Shown here: positions 1-10,996 of the stretch, piece by piece
Numbering within the stretch: the stretch's first letter is position 1
Layout of the letters: the number at the start of each line of letters is the position of its first letter
Assembly (NCBI RefSeq): GCF_964204645.1
Contig: NC_134035.1
Location: 3,782,001 to 3,846,000 of the forward strand
DNA: 64,000 bases
Origin: Tubulanus polymorphus
Taxonomy: Eukaryota; Animalia; Nemertea
Reading direction: 5' to 3'
Position numbers and translations under genes: made by a program
The notes under the pieces: model-generated
The model's input: only the letters and a program-made list of their open reading frames with translations
Database searches by the model: none
What the model was told of the DNA's origin: nothing

Positions 1-1657
1 AAAGTTTCCCAAATTTAGAGGGTTGTTTTTTGCTCTTTTTTAAAATCTATACACTGCGGCTATATACTGACCAGTGACACTCATAGACTGGTATTAACAT
101 TTTATCTCTAGCCTATAATCTGTGTAGTGACTGGGGAGTAGTAACTTCCGAACATCCGGGCCTGCAGCGGAGTGGGGGGGGGGGGGTATAGTTCAGGTAG
201 TTTACGACAAACCGCCGGAAATCCCAAAAAGGTTCGCTCTGAAAAATGAATTTGCTGGAAATGAATAACATCCTAGGCTTGTCGTATGTCCTACCCGATC
301 TTATAGTGCTACAGATACCTAGGACTAGCGTTGGACTCCGTAGGGAGCCTTGCATTGCTAACACATAATGCCGTTGTCACTAGGCTCCGTTTTTACCTTC
401 GAGCGCCTTTTCAAAAAGGTCCACTTAAAAGTCCACATTTTAAGGAAACTTTTATTTATAGGGAAAGCAAACTGCCTATAAAACCGGCCACGTTACAGGC
501 CTGGCTACGATATCAATCATCTATCCATTTACTCCGGAGAATGAAGCGGAGAATTTCTCCTGCCCCGATAGGAAAATACTGCTTCCCGGAATTAAAACCA
601 CCATCGATCACCATTTCTGAGGCTTAGTGCGTATTGGATTACTGAATAAGTAATACGTATGATTCAGTCTGGTGCCACCTTTTCTCCTTCGAATACGCTT
701 CATTCATTTTGCACAGTTATTGACGGGGTCCAGAAGTCTATGTCTCAGATCCCCGCCTTAAGGGTCCTCTGTGATTTCTGCATTTCCTAGATTGTATTGT
801 TAAGAATATCTCATCAATCAGTCGCTCGGTCATTCGGTCACCAGTCATCCATTTATCCAGTCAGGCATCAGACCATAATTGTAATGAAGAGGGACCCCAA
901 ATCCATTGGTCCTGAGAGACAGATTGATGATAAAACAAGGGATTTTCTGGACTTTTTCGCCTGGAGAAAGAGTACCAAACTGGTGGGGAATTTCCTTCTA
1001 TATTCGGCTCGGATGTACTGGCATACCTGTACTGGGATACCCCTCTTTCTAAAGGTTTGATTATTTCAAAAGTTAGTTTGGGTATGTGGGGCGAAAACCA
1101 TTATCAGCCGAACCCAACTTTCGTTCGACAATGAATGGCCAAGGAATGGTTTTGGCCGTTGATGATAGTGATATTAAAAAGTAAAATAATCATTCCTTAA
1201 CTATAATCGAAATTAAGTTTTTTAAGGGTTAAGAGGCGCAAGCTGCATACGTATTTGAACAAAATGTGTCGCGCACGACTTAACTGGAACCATGGCCGTG
1301 ACCGGGACGTGATTAGTCTTTATATATTCTGTACATGAGTCAGATCGGCTGTCATACGAGACGCACGTAGAGTTTTGTGGGGATTTAGGATATTGGATTT
1401 TTGAAACGGAAATACGCTATTTAGAACTCTCAAATTCAAAAACCACCCGTCGTATCTAGGACTAATATGCTGCAACGATCAGTATATATTTGTAGAGATT
1501 CAAGATATAGACTCTGGAGCTGCAAGTTTGGTCAGAAACGGGCGATTTCAGTCTGAGTCGACATCGTCACGGCGTTGACCATTGTGACGTCATGGTCTTT
1601 TGTCCGAATGTGAATGGCCGTGGAATATGTTCGAATGTTTTCCTGTCACAATCGGGC

Positions 1658-1882
1658 GGACCGGATGGCTTAGTCGGTCGGCGACTAGCGTGTCACCGCT
1701 GTGGCCCAGGTTCGAGTCTCGGAGGAGGCGGGTCAGGATGTGGCAAGTGATATCCGGTAAGCGGGCGAGTCGAGAGTACTGTCCTCCCTGGAATGAGGTT
1801 GCTAATGCGTGAGTCCTACAAAATAACTGGTGTGGGGTAAATTATGTTTAATTCAGTCGTTTCTGGCTGAATTATTTATTTA
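1658..1882 (+). mobile_element. tRNA-derived SINE
   Basis: Pol III A box TGGCTTAGTCGG (1666-1677), tRNA-Asp-like loop TGTCAC, B box GGTTCGAGTC (1709-1718), about 150-bp body, (TATT)n tail. No acceptor-stem pairing, so not a true tRNA. Confidence 0.75.
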
Positions 1883-3317
1883 TCCCACAATACCGGTCCC
1901 GGCAGCGGAGTAATTCCACCAGGGGCTTCGACTTTTTTACAATATTAGTTTGTTATTTTAAGTTTAGTGGTGAGGGTTTGGGAAACTTTTTTATTTCCTC
2001 GAACTGAAGAAATCCAAGCGACTATTCGGTGCAAGCAGCGCGCGGTGATCAATCACAGTTCTTTCTCAACTGATGATAAAACTTTGAGATAATTCTTTAA
2101 CATCACCAGATTTCAATTAAAGAAGATGTGTACGCGGCGATGTCTGGTGTACTTGTGTATAAATTCGGATTCAAAACGACTCTATCTAATAGAGAATAAC
2201 TCACTGGAGAAATGCCATACGCTCTACTACACAATAGTGCCGCGTGACTGCACAAACCCTTAAGCAAACTTCAATATCCTAAAGCAAAACTCGAAAAAGT
2301 AAAATTGAGCCGGTATTACAGTTCAAAACCAGACTTAAATAGAAGGGAAATCTACACTAAAGTTTGTTGGAGTTTATCTAAACCATTAGATAAAATTTCA
2401 GCATACAATTTCAGCCTAAAATCGTCGCATTCGATATTTCTATCTTTAACAATGTGTGCCTCTATGAATAGTCGAATTAAACTCGATGACCTGTAGGCCC
2501 CATTGAAAATGTTTGGCACGAATTGAATGGTTCTTGCGGATTAGCGTCACGGACTCGGGTCTGTCACAGGAATGCGCGATCGAGCTTTCTGATTGATCCA
2601 ATCCGGTCGCATCGATGATGCACCGTCGCTGATTGGTTGACGTAGGTATTAGAAGCGCGGTTCGAGCCGCCCGATGCCAGTCCGAGAACTGATGTCCAGT
2701 GATGAAGGTCAACCTATAAGAGCTCTGAAACAAGGCGTGAAGAAAGTGTGGCTTCAAGCGAAGAACCAACTAATAAGCGGCTGATGATGTAAGGAGAGAC
2801 TGGAACGTGAAGGAATTTGTGACGCCTAGCGATTGAGAACGCAAGATGAGACTGGCGGCTGTTGGTGCTGACGATTGCGGAGGAGATCCCGATACTGCTG
2901 CTGCTGCTTTTACTGGTGTTGCTGCTGCTGTTGATGTCGGATTTCAACTACAAACAGATGACGGCTAATTTGCTGATGAAGACGAGTTGCTGTTGTCGCT
3001 GATTTCCGATGTTCTATTTCGCGCACATTCATACATTATGAATATTGTGTCTTTTTAGGGTTAAACCGAAACCAGTTCGCTACTACTGACAACTACATGT
3101 ACACACAATTCGTTTGTCGCAACGTCCTGAACTAGTCTGCTGCTGCTGCTGCATTGGAAACCGCATCAACTCACATTTTGCCGTTTCGGTATCTTTACAT
3201 GAAGATAAGGTAATTATATTAAACTACACCCATCCGTACATTTTGCATATTCAATCTTCTTCATTAGCTTGACGATTATCCGATTTGTTTTTCAGCCGGC
3301 AATATTTGACGGCAACA

Positions 3318-3771
3318 TCTTCAAACCTCGAGACGCAGACTCTACTCCGACTACAGTACCATCGTCAAACCTTGAGACGCAGACCCTACTCCGACTACAG
3401 AACCATCTTCAAACCTCGAAGCAGACTCTACTCCGACTACAGAACCATCTTCAAACCTCGAGACGCAGACTCTACTCCGACTACAGTACCATCCTCAAAC
3501 CTCGAGACGCAGACTCTACTCCGACTACAGAACCATCTTCAAACCTCGAGAGACTACAAAACCATCTTCAAACCTCGAGACGCACAAACCTCGAGAGACT
3601 ACAAAACCATCTTCAAACCTCGAGACGCAGACTCTACTCCGACTACAGAACCATCTTCAAACCTCGAGACGCAGACTCTACTCCGACTACAGCACCATCG
3701 TCAAACCTCGAGACGCAGACTCTACTCCGACTACAGCACCATCGTCAAACCTCGAGACGCAGACTCTACTC
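3318..3771. repeat. 44-bp minisatellite, about 10 copies (CTTCAAACCTCGAGACGCAGACTCTACTCCGACTACAGAACCAT)
   Basis: Direct tandem repeats, some internally deleted; explains ORFs 3269-3805 and 3285-3818. Confidence 0.95.
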
Positions 3772-4085
3772 ATTATTTCGTTTTGCCGCATGTTATAAAA
3801 AGTAACGTAAATAAATAAACGTCCATTTATAAAATGCTCTCTTTAATAAAATCTCTTTGTCCCGGAAAGGACTCTCCCCTCTCACAACTTCCACTTGCCC
3901 CGGAAAGGACTCTCTTACAACTCACGTTCAAGGAAAAGTCAAAAAGGAAAGGACAAACGCAAAGTACAAATCAAAGGATTTATTCCACATTCAAAGTAGG
4001 AATTTGTTACAGCTTGTTACAAATTCAACATTTTATTGAAACGAACAAAATCAAAATTCAACATTTAATCAATAAAATATTATTT

Positions 4086-4156
4086 GAAAATACGGGATTT
4101 GAACCACCAACCACTGATCTAGCAGTCCAGCAGCCTACCCACTACGCTATAGGGAC
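4086..4156 (-). mobile_element. tRNA-like (SINE-head) remnant
   Basis: Minus strand TCCCTATAGCGTAGTGGGTAGGC...GGTTCAAATCCCG carries A and B boxes but lacks a complete cloverleaf. Confidence 0.55.
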
Positions 4157-4277
4157 GTACTGACATCCTGCAGGGGAACTCATATTTATCCATTGCTTAA
4201 GCAAATTTTATTAAAAAAATAATGCCATCTACCGGGCGAGACAGGAACTAGTTCCTATCACAACCCGGTAGATGGTG

Positions 4278-4862
4278 GAGAATGAGACCAGAAGAAGGAG
4301 ATGAGTATGAGATGAGGATGAAAGAGTGAGATGAGAGATGAGTATGAGACCAGAATTAGAGAGTGAGAGAGTGAGATGTGACTATGAGAATGAGACAGAC
4401 AGATGAATGAGAGATGAGTATGAGATGAGTGATATGAGAATGAGATGAGTGATGAGAGTGAGATGAGAATGAGACAATGAGACAAAGAGATGAGAATGAG
4501 AGATGAGAATGAGAGATGAGAATGAGAGATGAGAATGAGAGATGAGAATGAGAGATGAGAATGAGAGATGAGTATGGGAGATGAGTATGGGAGATAAGTA
4601 TGAGAGATAAGAATGAGAGATGAGAATGAGAGATGAGAATGAGAGATGAGTGATGGGAATGAGAGATGAGAATGAGAGATGAGTATGAGAGATGAGAATG
4701 AGAGATGAGTATGAGATGAGGATGAGAGATGAGTATGAGAGAGTGAGAGATGAGAGATGAGTATGAGAGATGAGTGTGAGAGATGAGGATGAGAGATGAG
4801 TATGAGAGATGAGTGAGAGATGAGGATGAAAGAGTGAGAGATGATAGAAAGAGAGACAGAGG
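4278..4862. repeat. GA-rich low-complexity tandem repeat (ATGAGAGATGAGA-type, about 13-bp period)
   Basis: Visible directly; produces the spurious Ser/His/Leu/Ile ORFs. Confidence 0.95.
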
Positions 4863-6561
4863 ATAGGATTGTATATCACCTGAACTTCTATGTTCCTCGT
4901 TGTTTTCTATCCGGCAGATTCTAGATGCCGTCAGTAGTTTTAGTTTTACAGTTTTTAGTTCAAACAGATATTTATCCCATCAGCAGCAAAGTCATCACAT
5001 AGTTAGTCCTCGTGGACATAAAGTTCACTATAACTGAAGTCAAGTTCTCTCAATATGTGTTCGTTTGTTTGTTTATCCTCCCGGTGAGTTCTAATGCTGC
5101 CAACACATATTTTATCCAGTTCATCTGATGTAGTCCTGATCATCAAACACAAACGTCAATAATTCCATCCTAGTGATGACAAACATCCTAAAAGATATAA
5201 ATGAAACTTTATAGATTTGAGGCAACCAATCAGTTATACACAGTGTAAGAGTTAAGTCTAGTTACCGGTGTATCAGAGAAATGGCAATCTCAGGTAGGCT
5301 GGCTACTCCCCAAAATGAGTGTCAGGGGTCAAATATTTTTTGTCTCCGATTTTGATGAAATTCAGTATAGACATGTATCCTTGGGTGCTGATTACAAATC
5401 TGAAAGAATTTTTCGGATCTGAGGCCCAGAAAATGAGAAATTCGAATTATTGGGGGACCCCCCTATATTTTCAAAAGGCCTTGGACCCCAGAGTTTTCGA
5501 GATATTCAAAATCTGATTGCAGATTTGGAATCAGCACCCCTGAAAATATAAAGGACTAAAATTTCAAGCAAATCGAAGAGATTCGGTTTTTTGGCCAAAA
5601 ATGGCAAAAATCTAAGGTGTTTTTTTTCGGCGAAAACTTTTTTTTCTCTGATTCCTTCTAAAATTGGTAGGAATATGTATTCTAAGGTGTAGATTCCGGA
5701 TCCGCAATCAGATTATGAATCGGAATTCATCTTCTTGGGCAAATATGGGTTTTAATGCCCAAAATATGCACCCCAAAAATGGGGTACAAAGTCAAAATTT
5801 TTTTTGGGCCCAATTTTAATGAAACTTAGTGCAGACATGTTTTTTGGGGTGCTGATTACGAATATGGGGTTAGATTTTGGATCCGAGGCACCTAAAATGA
5901 GATATTCAGGATTTCGTGTTTTGACCCCCTTAATTTCGTCACAAATTTTGATGAAATTTGCCTGGGAAATTCGGCCCAAAATCGAATATTATTCAATGAT
6001 CAAATATTCAATTAATTTTTAAGGTAGAAATTGATGCTCTTACTAAAACCCTGTATTATAACTCCTGCAACACAATTACAGGCTGCCTCAAATAACCACA
6101 TTGAAAATTCTTATGAAATGCAGAAAACAGTGTTTACAGATAAACTGCTTTCTCATAATTGTTTTGGAAACTTATAAGAAATTCTACTCACACACTCACT
6201 AGCCCTTGTCTAGCAGTAATGGTAGTCCACTGAGTTCCACAAATCCACATACACCTCCTGGAGTCCACCACTGACTGTTTTTTTATCCACTTATAGTCCG
6301 GTTAGTTGACTAAATAGTCCAGTTAGTTCACTAATAGTCCGGTTAGTTGACTAAATAGTCCAGTTAGTTCACTAATAGTCCGGTTAGTTGACTAGTAGTC
6401 CAGTTAGTTCACTAGTAGTCCGGAAGAAGTTGACTGAAGAAGTAAAACTGTGATGAATTTCAGTTGAAGTCAACGTCCAGTATTCGTGATGAAGTTTACA
6501 CAACAGCCCGAAGAAAACCTGAAATATAAAATTGAAATCACATTAACAGGGAGACTAACTG

Positions 6562-7037
6562 AGAAGTTGAGGGAGGATGGGGTGAGAGGTTGGGGAAGGA
6601 TGTGGTGAGAGGTTGAGGGACAATGGGATGAGAGGTTGGGGAGGATGGGGTGAGAGGTTGAGGGAGGATGGGATGAGAGGTTGCGGAGGATGGGGTGAGA
6701 GGTTGAGGGAGGTTGGGTTGAGAGGTTGGGGAGGGTGGGTTGAGAGGTTGAGGGTGGATGGGGTGAGAGGTTGGGGGAGGATGTGGTGAGAGGTTGAGGG
6801 ACAATGGGATGAGAGGTTGGGGAGGATGGGGTGAGAGGTTGAGAGAGGATGGGGTGAGAGGTTGGGGGAGGATGTGGTGAGAGGTTGAGGGACAATGGGA
6901 TGAGAGGTTGGGGAGGATGGGATGAGAGGTTGGGGAGGATGGGGTGAGAGGTTGAGGGAGGATGGGGTGAGAGGTTGAGAGAGGATGGGGTGAGAGGTTG
7001 GGGAGGGTGGGTTGAGAGGTTGAGGGAGGATGGGTGA
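6562..7037 (+). repeat. G-rich 21-22-bp minisatellite (GGGAGGATGGGGTGAGAGGTT); shorter versions at 11035-11158 and 14254-14376
   Basis: Visible directly; explains the Pro/Ser/His ORFs 6470-7059. Confidence 0.95.
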
Positions 7038-10000
7038 AAAGGGAAGCAAAGCAGCACAATTACTCAGGCTTAAGCAAAAGTTTTCAGCAGTTTTCAGTCA
7101 CGCTGGATTAACAGATTCACGTTTTACACAAGAGCCCAGTCTGTGGCAGTGGGAGAAAGCTGGTGTAACTAACTGGTCGAGTCAGCTGGTCTTAACCTGC
7201 TAAACAAGATGTGGTGCCGGAGGAAGTTGAAGAACAGTTCATCAAGATTTGTGAAACTATCGCCTGCTGCACCATGTGCAATGCAAGCGGCTAGGGTAGT
7301 GCGGCCCGTGTAGGCTAGAAAGTGGTTTTTGACACCGAGTGAGGTCCCTGTTAGTCTAGCACCAAGCCGTCGTTCCCTAAACAACCCGGAACCCGTAGTA
7401 AAAACGACTGACTGATTCAGACTAAATTTGAGTAGGTCCCGGCCTCCACTGACTGTCGTGAAGTGTCTGCGAAGTCACTGGAGTGAGGTCCCCCTAAACT
7501 GTGTGTGTACCTGAGGACATGAAAATGAAATATCATGTATGAATTTTTATCTTTTTTACCAATATCAAAATTCGTACATTTAGAATCATCGCGGCTTTAA
7601 AGTCTTTATCAATTGAGGGAATAGTTCACTGTAAATAAAGAATTAGCGATTGAATTGAGCCCGCTCCACAGTAAAATAGCGCGATTAATTCAATCTCGAC
7701 CGTCTAGTGCTGCCGCTACGTATAACGATAGCGTGGAAAATGTGAACTAACATAATACTCGCTTGCCAGAGTCTTCGAACGGCAGGAGTGGACGAACTAA
7801 TTACCGATTTGCGGGCCGGATTCCGAGGAAAATTCTCAAACTCTGAAAACTGCTCTGAAACGTTCGAACCAAACAATTTTTCTATAAGAGAATGAGCCTT
7901 AAAAGAGTTAATTTGAATCGGGGTATTTCTAGTATGGTCTGGGAGAGAGCGACAGGTGTTTGTATGTTCCCTGATTATTTGCGTGCAAATAGACTATAAT
8001 CGAAGAAAAAATATGGACATTTTGTCAATTCTGATGATAAATTGTCATTAAAAAATGAAAATGAATAATTTATTCTGTATACAAATACTATATTGATTGA
8101 TAAGTAAGTGAATTTTAGCTAAAAAAATTAAATATGTTACCTAAAAATAAGGAAATATCATACAAAATTCAGAACGTATTCATAGTATCATATTTAATCA
8201 GAATTAGACGACACACTGGTCTGTATTGTACGTAATAAGGACATTTAAATTCCGGCGGTAAATATGCGCTACTATTTTAGTTCACAGAAATTCCGCTATC
8301 GTTATTCATAGGAGCAGCACTGTACGGTAAATATCTAACTCAGCCTCGCAATCTTACTGTGGCATGCGAGCAATACAGATATTTTTCTTAGCCGAATTTC
8401 GTTGATTATCTAATACGATTCCATTGTATATGAATAATTCGACTATCGTTTAAGGTTTTTAGAAGGGGATTCTCTTTCTAAAACGAATTTCAAACCGTTT
8501 GTGATAGAACTCTTTTGTCTGCGGAATGTATTAGCATCCAGTAAAGCGCTAAGCTCACATGCCAAAGGAAGAATTTCAAGCAAATTTAATTTTATTCTCT
8601 AAAATAGTGCATTCAACTACCACTAACACTGTAACCAGAAATAATGCTCGGAAACTATTAAAGAAGAGTAAATTTGAAGTCAAGTTCTCCCAATATTTGT
8701 TCGTTTGTTTGTTTATCCTCCCGGTGAGTTCTAACACTGCCAACACATATTTATCCAGTTCATCTGATCCTGATCATCAAACTCAAAAAGTCAATAATTC
8801 CATCCTAATGATGAGAAACATCCTAAAAGATATAAATGAAACTTAATAGATTTGAGGCCACCGAACAGTTATACACAGTGTAAGAGTGTCTAGTTACCGG
8901 TATATCAGAGAAATGGCAATCTAAGGTAGGCTACTCCCCAAAATGAGTGTCAGGGGTCAAATATTTTTTGTCTCCGATTTTGATGAAATTCCGGTTAGAC
9001 TTGTATTCTGGGGTGCTGATTACAAATCTGAACGAATTTTTAGGATCCGAGGCCCAGAAAATGAGAAATTCGAATTTTTTGGGGGACCCCTAAATTTTCA
9101 AAAGGCCTTTGACCCCAGAGTTTTCGAGATATTCAAAATCTGATTGCAGATTTGGAATCAGCACCCCTGACAATATAAATGACTGAAATTTCAAGCAAAT
9201 CGAAGAGTTTCGATTTTTTGGCAAAAAATGCCAAAAATCTAAGGTGTTAGTCCAGGAGTTTTTTTTCGGCGAAAACTTTTTTTCTCTGATTCCTTCGAAA
9301 TTTGGTAGGAATATGTATTCTGAGGTGTAGATTCCGGATCCGCAATCAGATTTTGAATCGGAATTCATCTTCATGGGCAAATAAGGGTTTTAATGCCCAA
9401 AATATGCACCCCAAAAATGGGGTACAAAGTCAAAATATTTTTTTGGCCCAATTTTAATAAAATTTAGTGCAGACATGTTTTTTGGGGTGCTGGTTACAAA
9501 TATGAGGTTAGATTTAGGATCCGAGGCTCCTAAAATGAGATATTCAGGATTTTGTGTTTTGACCCCCTTAATTTCGTCACAAATTTTGATGAAATTCGCC
9601 CGCGAAATTCGGTCCAAAAACGATTTTTATTCAATGATGTCAAATATTCAATTAATTTTTAAGGTAGAAATTGATGCTCTTACTAAAAACCCTGAATTAT
9701 AATTCCCGCAACACAATTACAGGCTGCTTCAAATAACCACATTGACAATTCTTATGAAATGCAGTGAACAGTGTTTACAGATAAACTGCTTTCTCATAAT
9801 TGTTTGGGAAACTTTTAAGAAATTCTACTCACACTCACCAGCCCTTGTCTAGCAGTAATGGTAGTCCACCGAATCCCACAAATCCACATACAGAGTTCAA
9901 CACCTCCTGGAGTCCACCACTGACTGTTTTTTATGAGTATCAATCTAGATGGTCCTAAATGGACTAAATGGTCCGGTTAGTTCACATATAGTCGGGTTAG

Positions 10001-10144
10001 TTCACTAGTAGTCCGGAAGAAGTTGACTGAAGAAGTAAAACTGTGATAAATTTCAGTTGATGTCCACCACGTCCAGCATTCGTGATGAAGTTTACACCAC
10101 TGCCCGACAGAGGAAAACCTGAAAAATAAAATTGAAATCACATT

Positions 10145-10996
10145 TTTTTTTTTAATCTTAAAATAGGGATTGTCCCCATTATTTATTTATTTGGCTGGTA
10201 AATTTTGTTTGATTTTTCGATTGAGTGTCCCTTACAGACCCACCACACCTGCCGGGAGCGAAACAGGGGGTTTGATTTTGAAATCGGAAATCGAAGTACA
10301 GATATAGATGTGTGATCGGCGGTCGAGTAAACAGAATATTTTAAAATCGAAGTACATAATTGGAAATTCGGTTCCGGTTCATCCAAACAATCTTCCATTC
10401 AGTCTGAACCGGCAAGCGACTGATTGGGATGAATTTTTCTGGCTGCCTAATTTAATACAATGAGATTCTGGAAATAGCTATATTACAAGATCATTTTGTC
10501 CATTTTTATATTTTTTTGGTCGTTTTCTACGTGTAAATAGTCCGATAGTTTAGTGTGGTTTTTTTCCTCAGGTAGATGTTGATGTAGAAGTCCTCTAAGT
10601 TGATGATTCCGCGTGTTGACTAGATAGGAAGAAAGCACATTTCCAAACGCAAATTTTCCAGATGAGAGTATGGCCCTGGGGTATCCGAAGTGTAGTTGTA
10701 TGACATCGACGGTGCAGCTCCAATGAGGATGGGTTTCTCCGTCAAGGGGTGCGCAGTTGGTACTTCACATCTGGTGCTGAATTTGCCTAAAAGTATAAGT
10801 TTTACACTGGGAGCAGTTATGTGTTTCTAATATACAGTGAGTTAGGTCCGTGAATGTATCGCAATCAAACGGACAGTGCTATGCGTATTGATAGACCGTC
10901 AGTAAGAAAGCGGCACAGACACGTGAATATTGAATACATGTTTGTACACTTACATATATACAGTCTTGATCGGGTTTTATTTACATTGTCACGATT
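10145..10996 (-). mobile_element. 5'-truncated non-LTR retrotransposon (L1/Tx1-like 3' end) inserted in array copy 2
   Basis: 16-bp TSD AAATTGAAATCACATT (10129-10144 and 10997-11012); poly(T)11 at the left end, i.e. poly(A) on the minus strand; absent from copies 1 and 3; degenerate minus-strand peptide '...IQLHFGYP...HTLIWKICVWKCAFF' resembles an L1/Tx1 ORF2 C-terminus. Confidence 0.85.

Noticed and set aside
113-1060. Short ORFs at the window start as a transposase
   Set aside because: No recognisable domain or consistent exon chain.
1658-1730. Functional tRNA genes at 1658, 4086 and 37124
   Set aside because: A and B boxes are present but cloverleaf stems do not pair; treated as SINE heads.
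3318-3771. CRISPR-like appearance of the 44-bp array (also the 61-bp and 47-bp arrays)
   Set aside because: No unique spacers, no cas genes, eukaryotic context; these are plain tandem repeats.
4916-4930. Helitron CTAG terminus defining the large tandem unit
   Set aside because: CTAG is not followed by T and no subterminal hairpin was found.
6470-7059. Pro-rich extensin-like ORFs
   Set aside because: All three frames are open because of the C-rich minisatellite; length is not conserved among array copies.
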